Assembly (NCBI GenBank): GCA_044370825.1
Contig: JBILUV010000003.1
Location: 1 to 35,692, forward strand
DNA: 35,692 nucleotides
Direction of reading: 5' to 3'
Source: Burkholderiales bacterium
GTDB lineage: Bacteria; Pseudomonadota; Gammaproteobacteria; Burkholderiales; Ga0077523
The translations under genes were made by a program, and so were the position numbers. Below are positions 8,665 through 17,889 of this stretch, one piece after another. Within the stretch, counting starts at the first letter, position 1. Each line of letters starts with the position of its first letter. Under the pieces are notes generated by a model. It saw only the letters and a list, made by a program, of their open reading frames with translations, was not told the origin of the DNA and searched no databases.

Positions 8665-10113
8665 ATGCCCCTGCCCGGAATGCTGCGCGGCGCCGTGTGC
8701 ACCGCACTGCTGGCTCTGCCGCTGACTGCCTGGGTGGCGACTGCGCCGTCATTGCCGGAATCGGTGCTGTCGGGCGGCAGCATGACCCACCCCGACGACT
8801 CGGAGCGCGCCCTGACCGTCCCGGTGCCCACCCTGGACGAGAAGCAGGGCGCATTGTTCGCGCTGGGGCGGCGGATGTTCGAGAATCGCTGGGCCTTCTT
8901 CTGGTTCGAGAATGCGGAGTTTGGCCGCGGCCCGATCTCCAACGCCCAGGCCTGCACCACCTGCCACGCCAACAACGGCCGGGGGCTGGTCGATGGTACG
9001 CCTGCCCTGCCATCGGTGGCGGCGCCGGGCGAGGCCCGGGACCACCACATCACCGTACCCTTCGAGCCGGCACCCAATCTGGTGGTGCGGCTGTCGCTGC
9101 CCGGGACCGATGCCCACGGCGGCCCGCGCGTCAATCCGGAGTATGGCGACCAGTTGCAGATCTTCGGCGTCAAGGGGGTGGTGCCCCCCGAGGGCAGCTT
9201 CAGCGTCGACTGGACGGAACGGCTGGTGACGCTGGCCGACGGCGATACCGTCCGGCTGCGTCAGCCGGTGCTGCGCGTGGTGCAGCTCGCCTATGGCCCG
9301 CTGGGCCAGGGCGCCATGACCACGCTGCGACTAGCGCCGGCGCTGGTGGGACTGGGTCTGCTCGAGGCCGTCCCCGACCAGACCCTGCGGGACCTCGCCG
9401 CGCGCCCCGCGGTGGACGGCATTCGCGGCCGGGTGAACGAGGTCTGGGACCCGAGCCAGCAGCGCGTTGCGATCGGGCGCTTCGGTCTGAAGGCCAACCA
9501 CGGCAGCCTGCGCGAGCAGGTGGCGATTGCCTTCCTCAACGACATCGGCCTGTCCTCGGCGGTGTATCCGGAGCAGAACTGCCCGGCCTCGAGCCAGACC
9601 TGCCGCGAGCAGCTGGCGGCCGGCAGAATCGAGATCACCGATCTGAGGCTCGCCGCGACCGAACTGTACCTGCGCGCGCTGGCCGTGCCGGCGCGGCGCC
9701 GGGTGGACGATCCCGTGGTGCGGCAGGGGGAAGCCTTGTTCGCCCAGGCACGCTGCAGCGTGTGTCACGTGCCGGAACTGCGCACCGGCGACCACCCCGC
9801 CTTCCCGCAGGCGGCGCGCCAGACCATCCGGCCCTACACCGACCTGCTGCTGCACGACATGGGCGAGGGCCTGTCCGATGGCCGGCCGGACTTCCTGGCC
9901 AGTGGCAGGGAGTGGCGCACCGCGCCGCTGTGGGGCATCGGTCTGGCAAGGCGCATCAACGGCGCCGACGGTTTCCTGCACGACGGCCGCGCGCGCGATT
10001 TCACCGAGGCGATCCTGTGGCACGACGGCGAGGCCCGCGTGTCGCGGGAGGCCTTCGCCGGCATGATCCGGTCCGACCGGCAGGCGCTGCTGGCCTTTCT
10101 CGACTCGCTCTGA
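8665..10113 (+). CDS. Secreted di-heme cytochrome c oxidoreductase (DUF1111/'thiol oxidoreductase' family)
   Basis: Signal peptide; CTTCH and CSVCH heme motifs; YGDQLQ, GRFGLKA, YTDLLLHDMG, WRTAPLWGIG, LHDGRAR..EAILWH. Confidence 0.88.
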   Translation: MPLPGMLRGAVCTALLALPLTAWVATAPSLPESVLSGGSMTHPDDSERALTVPVPTLDEKQGALFALGRRMFENRWAFFWFENAEFGRGPISNAQACTTCHANNGRGLVDGTPALPSVAAPGEARDHHITVPFEPAPNLVVRLSLPGTDAHGGPRVNPEYGDQLQIFGVKGVVPPEGSFSVDWTERLVTLADGDTVRLRQPVLRVVQLAYGPLGQGAMTTLRLAPALVGLGLLEAVPDQTLRDLAARPAVDGIRGRVNEVWDPSQQRVAIGRFGLKANHGSLREQVAIAFLNDIGLSSAVYPEQNCPASSQTCREQLAAGRIEITDLRLAATELYLRALAVPARRRVDDPVVRQGEALFAQARCSVCHVPELRTGDHPAFPQAARQTIRPYTDLLLHDMGEGLSDGRPDFLASGREWRTAPLWGIGLARRINGADGFLHDGRARDFTEAILWHDGEARVSREAFAGMIRSDRQALLAFLDSL

Positions 10114-10146
10114 GCGGGGTGCCCGGCATCGCCGTGAACCCCGCAC

Positions 10147-10171
10147 GCGTCCCCGCCTGGGCGCGGGACGC
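10147..10171. terminator. GC hairpin between convergent genes (possible terminator)
   Basis: GCGTCCC-CGCC-tg-GGCG-c-GGGACGC imperfect stem; no U-tract. Confidence 0.3.
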
Positions 10172-10176
10172 CTGGA

Positions 10177-11604
10177 TCAGCCGGTCTCGCGCGCCCAGAG
10201 AACCGGATGCAGGGTGCCGACCTCGCGCTCCACCGCCTCCATGGCATCCAGGATCAGGTCCTCACGGTAGCGCCGGCCGACGATCTGCACCCCTGCCGGC
10301 AGCCCCTCCACCAGGCCCACGGGCAGCACCCCGGCAGGCAGACTCAGGTAGTTGATGCCGTAGCTGTAGATGGCGGCGTCGAACAGATCCCGGGTCTGCT
10401 CGAAGCCCTGTGCGTCGTAGTCCCAGTCGTAGGTGGGGCGCATCAGGAAGGGCGTGAGCACCAGCGGATGCGTGTCCAGGAACACGTTCCAGGCACGGGT
10501 CATGCGGGTGCGGGCCGCCAGTCCCGCCAGATAGGCCGGGCCTTCCGCGACCTCGCCCATGCGGTAGTACCAGTCGAAGATCTGCTGCACGCGTTCACTG
10601 CCGTACTGACGCGCCAGCGGATCGAGGGTGGCCCGGATCTCCGCCAGTGCCACGGACATCCAGCCGGCCGCGGGCTCGGTGATGGGCGGCGGCTCCACCT
10701 CTTCCACGGCGTAGCCGGCCCGCTCAAGGGCGACGGCGGCACGGTCGACCAGCGCGGTGATGCCGGGGTGCATGGGGTAGCCGTGGGCATTGCGCGTGAC
10801 CGCCACGCGCAGCGGCGCCGGCAGGGGCGCTCCCTGGAAGGGCACCGGTACCCACCAGGGGTCGTGCGGGTCGCCACGCATCATCACCCGGGTGGCGAGA
10901 CGTACATCCGACACCTCCCGGCAGATGGCACCCTGGACCGACATGAGCTGCGCGAGCAGACCGCGCTCGGCGCTCGCCGACGGGTTGTACACGGGGACGC
11001 GCCCATTGGTCGGCTTGAGAGTGCACACCCCGTTGGCGAAGGCGGGGAAACGCAGCGAGCCGCCGATGTCGTTACCGTGGTGCAGCGGCCCCATGCCGGC
11101 CGCCGCGGCCGCCCCCGCCCCACCTGAAGAACCACCGGGCGAGGCCTCGGGGTGCCAGGGATTGCGGGTGCGTCCGTGCAGCGGGCTCTCGGTGGTGGCC
11201 CGCATGGAGAACTCCGGGGCCGTGGTTCGGCCGATGAGGATGCCGCCGGCGTCGCGCAGGTTGCGCACCAGCGGCGCATCCGCGGGCGCCACCACGCCCT
11301 CGAAGGCAGACACGCCATTGGGCGTGGGCATGCCGGCGACGTCGACGTTCTCCTTGATGGTGAAGGGTACGCCGTGGAGCGGGCCGCGGAACTCGCCGCG
11401 CGCGGCGGCGGCATCCGCCTCGCGCGCCTCGCGCCGCGCGTCCTCGAAGCAGGGATAGACGATCGCGTTGAGCCCGGGGTTGCAGGCGGCCACCCGCCCA
11501 AGCACGGACTCCAGGGCTTCGCTGGCGGAACACGCGCCGGCGCGGATGCCGTCAGAGAGTTCGCAGGCGCTCCACTGCCACAACGGCTTGTCGGGAAAGG
11601 ACAT
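10177..11604 (-). CDS. Amidase-signature family amidase
   Basis: GPLHGVPFTIKEN, PGGSSGGAGAA, GNDIGGSLRFPA, GLPAGVQIVG. Confidence 0.92.
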   Translation of the reverse strand: MSFPDKPLWQWSACELSDGIRAGACSASEALESVLGRVAACNPGLNAIVYPCFEDARREAREADAAAARGEFRGPLHGVPFTIKENVDVAGMPTPNGVSAFEGVVAPADAPLVRNLRDAGGILIGRTTAPEFSMRATTESPLHGRTRNPWHPEASPGGSSGGAGAAAAAGMGPLHHGNDIGGSLRFPAFANGVCTLKPTNGRVPVYNPSASAERGLLAQLMSVQGAICREVSDVRLATRVMMRGDPHDPWWVPVPFQGAPLPAPLRVAVTRNAHGYPMHPGITALVDRAAVALERAGYAVEEVEPPPITEPAAGWMSVALAEIRATLDPLARQYGSERVQQIFDWYYRMGEVAEGPAYLAGLAARTRMTRAWNVFLDTHPLVLTPFLMRPTYDWDYDAQGFEQTRDLFDAAIYSYGINYLSLPAGVLPVGLVEGLPAGVQIVGRRYREDLILDAMEAVEREVGTLHPVLWARETG

Positions 11605-11631
11605 GACGGACCTCGGCGGATGAAGGAAAGT

Positions 11632-11652
11632 CGGACCGCGGACCGCGGACCG
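11632..11652. repeat. Three perfect tandem copies of CGGACCG
   Basis: CGGACCG at 11632-11638, 11639-11645 and 11646-11652, about 28 bp upstream of the amidase start. Confidence 0.85.
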
Positions 11653-11740
11653 GCACACCCCGATGTTACGGCGCCGGGCGGCGGCACGGACGCGCGCCGC
11701 GCACCACGCATGCCCGCTGCAGCGGGCGGCCCGCCGGGCC

Positions 11741-12922
11741 TCAGATCACGCGGTCGCGCGCCAGGGCGTCGATGCGCTCGTTGCTGTAGCCCATCCCGCG
11801 CAGGATCTCGCGGCTGTGCTGCCCGGACTCGGGCGCGGGGTGCCGGACCTCGAACTCGTAGTCGGACAGCTTGAGCGGTGGCGCCATCTGCAGCACCTCG
11901 CCCGCGGTCGGATGCTGCGTGCGGACGAACATGCCACGCGCCGCGTGTTGCGGGTCGTCGACCAGTTCGTCGAAGCGCCGCACCGGCGAGACGCAGCAGT
12001 CGCGACCGCGGAACGCCTCGACCCACTCGTCCTGGGTGCGCGTGGCGAACACCTCGCGCAAGGCCCGCACCGCAACCTCCGGGTCGCCGCCGTGCTCCCA
12101 GTGATGGGGCTCGAGGTCGGGCCGCCCGACCACCTGGCAGACCTGGTGCCAGAACTTGCCCTCCAGCGCGCCCACCGCCATGTGCCGGCCATCGGCGGTG
12201 CGATAGATCTGGTAGCAGCCCTCGCGCCCGGACAGCAGATCGCCGCCACGGGGCGCCACCGAACCGGTGCGTGCGGTCGCAGACAGGGCCTGCACGTTGT
12301 GCGCCAGCACCCCCTCGGTCATGGCCACGTCGACGTGGCGGCCACGACCGGTGCGCTGGGCGTCGAACAGGGCGGCCAGGATGCCCATGGCGGGCACCAC
12401 GGCACCGCCGAGGATGTCCGCCACCTGGAAATTGGGGATCACCGGGTCGGCCTCGCGGTCGCCGTTCTGGTCGGTGAAGCCGGCGTATGAGCAGTAGTTG
12501 AGGTCGTGACCTGCAAGTGGTGCATAGGGGCCGGTCTGGCCATACCCCGAGATGGCGCAGTAGACGATGGCGGGGTTCACCGCCCGCACAGCCTCGTAAC
12601 CGATGCCGAGCCGGTCGACCACGCCGGGACGGAAACCCTCCACCACCACGTGCGCACTGCGTGCAAGATCCAGAAACGCCTCGACGCCCGCGGGCTGCTT
12701 CAGGTCCAGGCGCATGCCCAGCTTGTTGCGGTTGATGGCGAGGAACACCGGCGCGGTGTGGCCGTCGGGCATGCCCAGCGTGCGGGCGTAATCGCCGGCA
12801 CCGGTGTCCTCGATCTTGATCACCTCCGCGCCGAGGTCTGCGAGGTGCAGGGTGCACATCGGCCCGGGCAGCAGGCGGGTGAGGTCCAGGACGCGGACAC
12901 CGGAGAGCGGTTTGGAGGACAT
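11741..12922 (-). CDS. CaiB/BaiF family III CoA-transferase
   Basis: PLSGVRVLDLTRLLPGP, LADLGAEVIKIE, NRNK, EGFRPGV.DRLGIGY, GHDLNY (catalytic Asp). Confidence 0.92.
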   Translation of the reverse strand: MSSKPLSGVRVLDLTRLLPGPMCTLHLADLGAEVIKIEDTGAGDYARTLGMPDGHTAPVFLAINRNKLGMRLDLKQPAGVEAFLDLARSAHVVVEGFRPGVVDRLGIGYEAVRAVNPAIVYCAISGYGQTGPYAPLAGHDLNYCSYAGFTDQNGDREADPVIPNFQVADILGGAVVPAMGILAALFDAQRTGRGRHVDVAMTEGVLAHNVQALSATARTGSVAPRGGDLLSGREGCYQIYRTADGRHMAVGALEGKFWHQVCQVVGRPDLEPHHWEHGGDPEVAVRALREVFATRTQDEWVEAFRGRDCCVSPVRRFDELVDDPQHAARGMFVRTQHPTAGEVLQMAPPLKLSDYEFEVRHPAPESGQHSREILRGMGYSNERIDALARDRVI

Positions 12923-12975
12923 GGGCGCTGGCGTTGGTGAGTCGGGGAGGTCGGCGACGACGGACGTGCCGGGCG

Positions 12976-13530
12976 TCAGGCTGGTCTGGCCCACTGCGGC
13001 CACTTGCGGCGCACCAGTTCGCCGTCGGCGGCGTACATGTGGCAGGTGTCGATCAGGGCCGGCCGCCTGCCATCGTTTCCCGCCGGCTTGGCCCGCTCCC
13101 GCGCTCCGTACAGGGTCTGGTAGACGGTAGTGGCGACCGGTCCGAGCAGTTCCACCAGATGGGTGCATCCCTGCACGCCGCCGAGCAGTTCGCGCGTCTT
13201 CTGGGTGAAGCCGGGGCGGATGTGCAGTCCCTTGAGCACCTGGAAGTTGGGCGTGACGCCGGGGCACCCGTAGTACGGGCCTGCGTCGGTCACCACCTCG
13301 ACCTCGTGGATCAGCAGGTCGAGGTCGACGGTCAGTCGGATCCACATGTCGTGCATGGGCTGGCCCGCCACCAGGGTCCCGCCCGGACGGTCCATGTTCG
13401 GCACGTCAAAGGGTTTGGTATCCGTCAGGTGTCCCTCGATGTCCCAGAGGCCGTCGTCGCGGTGATAGCCGCGGCATTCGACGGTGCGGGTGTGCTTGGG
13501 GTGGCGGGGAACTGGTGGGGAAAGCGGCAT
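12976..13530 (-). CDS. DUF2889 family protein
   Basis: HTRTVECRGY.RDDGLWDIEG.L.DTK, HDMWIRLT, GCTHLVELL, LIDTCH. Confidence 0.85.
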   Translation of the reverse strand: MPLSPPVPRHPKHTRTVECRGYHRDDGLWDIEGHLTDTKPFDVPNMDRPGGTLVAGQPMHDMWIRLTVDLDLLIHEVEVVTDAGPYYGCPGVTPNFQVLKGLHIRPGFTQKTRELLGGVQGCTHLVELLGPVATTVYQTLYGARERAKPAGNDGRRPALIDTCHMYAADGELVRRKWPQWARPA

Positions 13531-13571
13531 GGCGTGATGACCTCGGGGCACGGCGGCCCGGCGATGGGGAA

Positions 13572-13778
13572 TCAGGTTGAGGCGCTGGCGCGGCGGCCTG
13601 GCAGCTGCCGCAGCACCGCCCGTTTCTGGTCGGGGGAGAAAGCGGACCAGCGGGCGATTTCGTCCAGGGTGCGGCTGCAGCCACGACACAGGCCGGAGGC
13701 GCTGTCCATGACGCACACGTTGACGCAGGGGGAAGGGACGTCGGTCACGGTGGCCCACGGGCTCGGCATGTTCGTCAT
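13572..13778 (-). CDS. DUF1289 small Cys-rich (putative Fe-S) protein
   Basis: VPSPCVNVCVMD..SGLCRGCSRTLDEIARW; ATGA overlap with the HMG-CoA lyase stop. Confidence 0.88.
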   Translation of the reverse strand: MTNMPSPWATVTDVPSPCVNVCVMDSASGLCRGCSRTLDEIARWSAFSPDQKRAVLRQLPGRRASAST

Positions 13779-14707
13779 GCGCAGGCGGCCTCGCGACTGC
13801 GGCGCGCGGAGATGGCGCGTCCGGCCCGCGAAGCGTTCGGACGCCCGACGGCATCGCAGATGAACCGGCCGGCCTCGACCACGGCGTCCAGATCGACACC
13901 GGTGTCCATGCCCATGCCGTGCAGCATGTAGAGCACGTCCTCGGTGGCCACGTTGCCCGTGGCGCCCGGCGCGTAAGGGCAGCCTCCCAGACCGGAGACG
14001 GAGCAGTCGAAGGTCGCCACGCCGAGCTCCAGCGACGCCAGGATGTTGGCCAGAGCCTGCCCGTAGGTATCGTGGTAATGCCCCCCCAGCCTGTCCACCG
14101 GGACGTGCCGGGCCACCGCCTCGATCATGCGCTGCGTCCTCAGCGGTGTGCCGACACCGATGGTGTCGCCGAGGGAGACCTCGTAGCAGCCCATCTCGTG
14201 CAGCCGCCGCGACACGTGGGCCACCGCCTCCGGCGCGACCTCGCCCTCGTAGGGGCAGCCCAGCACCACCGACACGTAACCGCGCACCCGCAGCCCCGCG
14301 GCAAGCGCCTGCTCGCACACCGGGGCGAAGCGGTCCAGCGACTCGTCGATCCCGCAGTTGATGTTGCGACGGGAAAAGGACTCCGAGGCAGCCCCGAATA
14401 CCGCCACCTCGCGGGCGCCAGCGGCCAGCGCCCCCTCCAGCCCCTTGAGGTTGGGCACAAGCACCGGATAGTCCACACCGGGCTTGCGACGCAGCCTCGC
14501 CATGACCTCCGCCGCATCCGCCATCTGCGGCACCCAGCGGGGCGACACGAAGCTGGTCGCCTCCACAGCCGGCAGGCCGGCGTCGGCCAGGCGCTCGATC
14601 AGCGCCACCTTCACATCGGCCGGGACCATCACCGGCTCGTTCTGCAGTCCGTCGCGCGGGCCGACTTCCACCAGTCGCACGCGTGCGGGCATCTTCATCG
14701 TCGTCAC
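13775..14707 (-). CDS. liuE: Hydroxymethylglutaryl-CoA lyase
   Basis: VEVGPRDGLQNE, TSFVSPRWVPQMAD, HYHDTYG, GLGGCPYAPGATGNVATED; start may be ATG 14698 or 14692. Confidence 0.95.
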   Translation of the reverse strand: MTTMKMPARVRLVEVGPRDGLQNEPVMVPADVKVALIERLADAGLPAVEATSFVSPRWVPQMADAAEVMARLRRKPGVDYPVLVPNLKGLEGALAAGAREVAVFGAASESFSRRNINCGIDESLDRFAPVCEQALAAGLRVRGYVSVVLGCPYEGEVAPEAVAHVSRRLHEMGCYEVSLGDTIGVGTPLRTQRMIEAVARHVPVDRLGGHYHDTYGQALANILASLELGVATFDCSVSGLGGCPYAPGATGNVATEDVLYMLHGMGMDTGVDLDAVVEAGRFICDAVGRPNASRAGRAISARRSREAACA

Positions 14708-14756
14708 GTCACTTCCCGAAAGGACGCGCCGCGGCTGGCCCCGGCGCGGTTGCCAC

Positions 14757-16769
14757 TCATTGCGTCCCGACCTCGAACTCCAGAAGGGTCACGCCCTCCT
14801 GCACCTGGTCACCGCGGACGAAGAAAACCTCCTTCACCACCCCGTCCGCCGGCGCGGCGACGGTGTGCTCCATCTTCATGGCCTCGATGAGCATCAGGGC
14901 CGCTCCCTTCTCCACCCGATCGCCAGCCCGAACCAGGACCTCGATGACGGAACCCGGCATGGGCGAGACCAGCGAGCCGGCGTCGCCGACAGCCTCGGCC
15001 GCCTCCGGGGCCTCCAGCCGCAGGGTGTGGCTGCGACCATCGCGAAACACGGTGAGTTCGTCGCCGCGCCGGATCACCTGCGCCATCACCCGCGCACCGC
15101 CCAGGTCGGCGGTCACGCGACCTTCGGCGTCCATCGTCGCCACCGCCGTGATTCGCCCGCCAGGCAGTTCGAGCTCGTGACCACCGCGACGGAAGTGGAC
15201 GGTGACGGAAACCCTGCCACCGCCGTCCAGGAAATCCACGACGTGGAAGTTGTCCTGGTTCAGGCGCCAGCCGCCACCGTCGTGCCATGGCGAGTGCGGG
15301 TCCGTGCTGGAACGGGCGCGCTCCCGGGCCTCACGGGTGGCGCGCAGCAGTTCCACCAGCGCCGCCAGCGCCAGCGTGGTGTCGTCGGCCGGCTGCGGCT
15401 CCGGGATGAGCTCGGCGGCGTGCCGCTCGATCAGCCCGGTGTCCAGCAAAGAGGGGTCGCGGTGCGCCTCGGCGAAAGCACGGTGCGACACCACCGCCGA
15501 CAGGAACTGGAGGTTGTTGGCGAGGCCGGCCACCTGGTAGTCGGCCAGGGCCTGCCGCATCCGGCGCAGCGCGGCGTCACGGTCGGTGTCCCAGCAGATC
15601 AGCTTGGCGATCATCGGGTCGTAGTGGACGCCGATCTCGTCGCCCTCGCGCACGCCGGTGTCGACCCGCACATGGGCCGAGGTGACGGGCTCGCGCAGAT
15701 GTTCCAGCCGCCCCACCGCCGGCAGGAAGCCGCGCGCCGGGTCCTCTGCGTAGACACGCGCCTCGATGGCGTGACCGCGAATGGCGAGCTGCTCCTGGGC
15801 CAGAGGGAGGGGCTCGCCGGCGGCCACCCGCAACTGCCACTCCACCAGGTCCAGCCCGGTGATCATCTCGGTCACCGGGTGTTCGACCTGCAGCCGGGTG
15901 TTCATTTCCATGAAATAGAACTGGCCCGAGGCATCAACGATGAATTCGACCGTGCCCGCACCCACGTAATCGACGGCGCGGGCCGCGGCCACCGCGGCCG
16001 AACCCATCTGCCGCCGTCGCTGCGCCTGCATGCCTGGCGCAGGCGCCTCCTCGAGCACCTTCTGGTGACGACGCTGCACCGAGCAGTCGCGCTCGAACAG
16101 GTGCACGCAGTTGCCGTGGGTGTCGGCGAACACCTGGAGCTCCACGTGCCGCGGCCGCTCGAGGTATTTCTCGATCAGCAGCCGGTCGTCGCCGAACGAC
16201 GACGCGGCCTCGCGCTTCGCAGAGGCGATGGCGGCCGGCAGCTCGGCGGCTGCGCGCACGATGCGCATGCCCTTGCCACCACCGCCGGCGGAGGCCTTGA
16301 TGAGCACCGGATAGCCGATGCGCTCCGCCTCGGCAGCCAGCAGCACTGCGTCCTGCGCCTCGCCGTGATAGCCGGGCACCAGGGGCACGCCGGCGGTCTC
16401 CATCAAGGCCTTTGAGTTGCTCTTGGAGCCCATGGCACGGATGGCTGCGGGAGGCGGGCCGATGAACACCAGCCCGGCATCGGCGCAGGCCTGGGCGAAG
16501 GCTTCGTTCTCGGACAGGAAGCCGTAGCCCGGGTGCACCGCCCGGGCGCCGGTAAGTGCCGCGACCTCCAGGATGCGGTCGATGCGCAGATAGCTTTCGC
16601 GCGCAGGCGCCGGACCGATCAGATGGGCCTCGTCGCAACTCGCGACATGCAGCGCACCGGCATCGGCCTCCGAGTACACGGCGACGGTGCGGATGCCCAG
16701 GCGTCGGGCGGTCCGGGCGACCCGGCAGGCGATCTCGCCCCGGTTGGCAATCAGGATCTTGTCGAACAT
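14757..16769 (-). CDS. liuD: 3-methylcrotonyl-CoA carboxylase alpha (biotin carboxylase/carrier) subunit
   Basis: MFDKILIANRGEIA, HPGYGFLSEN, GGGGKGMR, RDCSVQRRHQK, EMNTRLQVEHPVTE, biotin site EAMKME; liu context. Confidence 0.93.
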   Translation of the reverse strand: MFDKILIANRGEIACRVARTARRLGIRTVAVYSEADAGALHVASCDEAHLIGPAPARESYLRIDRILEVAALTGARAVHPGYGFLSENEAFAQACADAGLVFIGPPPAAIRAMGSKSNSKALMETAGVPLVPGYHGEAQDAVLLAAEAERIGYPVLIKASAGGGGKGMRIVRAAAELPAAIASAKREAASSFGDDRLLIEKYLERPRHVELQVFADTHGNCVHLFERDCSVQRRHQKVLEEAPAPGMQAQRRRQMGSAAVAAARAVDYVGAGTVEFIVDASGQFYFMEMNTRLQVEHPVTEMITGLDLVEWQLRVAAGEPLPLAQEQLAIRGHAIEARVYAEDPARGFLPAVGRLEHLREPVTSAHVRVDTGVREGDEIGVHYDPMIAKLICWDTDRDAALRRMRQALADYQVAGLANNLQFLSAVVSHRAFAEAHRDPSLLDTGLIERHAAELIPEPQPADDTTLALAALVELLRATREARERARSSTDPHSPWHDGGGWRLNQDNFHVVDFLDGGGRVSVTVHFRRGGHELELPGGRITAVATMDAEGRVTADLGGARVMAQVIRRGDELTVFRDGRSHTLRLEAPEAAEAVGDAGSLVSPMPGSVIEVLVRAGDRVEKGAALMLIEAMKMEHTVAAPADGVVKEVFFVRGDQVQEGVTLLEFEVGTQ

Positions 16770-16788
16770 GGTCTCGGCTCCCGCCGGT

Positions 16789-17586
16789 TCAGGAGCCGCC
16801 GGCCATCCAGGCCGGAGCACGCTTGTCGAGGAAGGCACCGATGCCCTCGCGCCCCTCCGCCGAAGCGCGGGCGCGGGCGATGCGTGCCGCCGTGTCGTCG
16901 GTGACCGCGGTGTCGATGGGACGGTCGGCCACCGCCTGGATCAGGTCCTTGGCGGCGGCCTGCGCATGGGGCCCGCCCTTGAGCAGCTCACCCACCAGGG
17001 ACGCCACTGCGCCATCGAGGTCCCCGGCAGCCGTGACCGCCGTCACCAGGCCGAGGCGCAGCGCCTCGCGCGCATCGAAGCGCTCGGCGGTGAGGAAATA
17101 ACGACGCGCGGAACGCGCGCCCATCGCCTGGATCACGTACGGGCTGATGACCGCGGGGATGAGCCCGAGACGCACCTCGGACAGACAGAACAGCGCTGCC
17201 TCCGAGGCCACCGCCATGTCGCAGCAGGCCACCAGTCCGACCCCGCCACCGAAAGCCGAGCCGTGCACCCGGGCGATGGTGGGCTTGCGCATCCGATCCA
17301 GGGCGCGCATCAGTCCGGCCAGATGCCTGGCATCGTGCAGGTTCTCGGCCTCCGAGTACTGCGACATGCGCTTCATCCAGTTGAGGTCGGCGCCGGCCGA
17401 GAAGCTGCGGCCGTGCCCGCCGAGCACCACCACCCGAACCGCAGGGTCCTCATCCATTTGGCCCAGCGTGTCGGTGAGCTGCGCAATCAGGGCTTCGTCA
17501 AAGGCGTTGTGCACTTCGGGCCGGTTCATCATGAGGGTGGCCACGCCGTCACTGCTCACCCCGAGTTCCACGATTGCGTCATTCAT
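16789..17586 (-). CDS. liuC: Methylglutaconyl-CoA hydratase (crotonase family)
   Basis: NRPEVHNAF, FSAGADLNWM, GGGVGLVACCD, LSEVRLGLIPAVISPYV; lies between the MCC subunits. Confidence 0.9.
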   Translation of the reverse strand: MNDAIVELGVSSDGVATLMMNRPEVHNAFDEALIAQLTDTLGQMDEDPAVRVVVLGGHGRSFSAGADLNWMKRMSQYSEAENLHDARHLAGLMRALDRMRKPTIARVHGSAFGGGVGLVACCDMAVASEAALFCLSEVRLGLIPAVISPYVIQAMGARSARRYFLTAERFDAREALRLGLVTAVTAAGDLDGAVASLVGELLKGGPHAQAAAKDLIQAVADRPIDTAVTDDTAARIARARASAEGREGIGAFLDKRAPAWMAGGS

Positions 17587-17875
17587 CCGCCCGAGCCCTC
17601 GCGCGCAGGTCATCCTTGAGTTTTCCGGGAAGCCGGTTCCAGTGCAGGTCCATGAGCGCCCCCTGCAGGGCGTAGAGCACCACCGGAGTCACGTTGTAGC
17701 CGTGCTTGCGCATCAGCCTGAAGGCGGCGACCGCGCCCAGGTCCTGCAGGTCCTTGCGCGTGGCGATACCCACCGCCGCCAGCCACTTGGCCGACTGCGG
17801 ACCGATGTTCTTGAGCGACGCCACCGCCGCTTCCGGCGCGATGGCACCCTCCCTGGGAGGACTGGGGCTGGCCAT
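17579..17875 (-). CDS. TfoX C-terminal domain (helix-hairpin-helix) protein
   Basis: LKNIGPQSAKWLAAVGI.T..DLQDLGAVAAF...LYALQGAL.DLHW..L; 8-nt overlap with the liuC start. Confidence 0.82.
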   Translation of the reverse strand: MASPSPPREGAIAPEAAVASLKNIGPQSAKWLAAVGIATRKDLQDLGAVAAFRLMRKHGYNVTPVVLYALQGALMDLHWNRLPGKLKDDLRARARADE

Positions 17876-17889
17876 GTCGGGCTCTCCGG

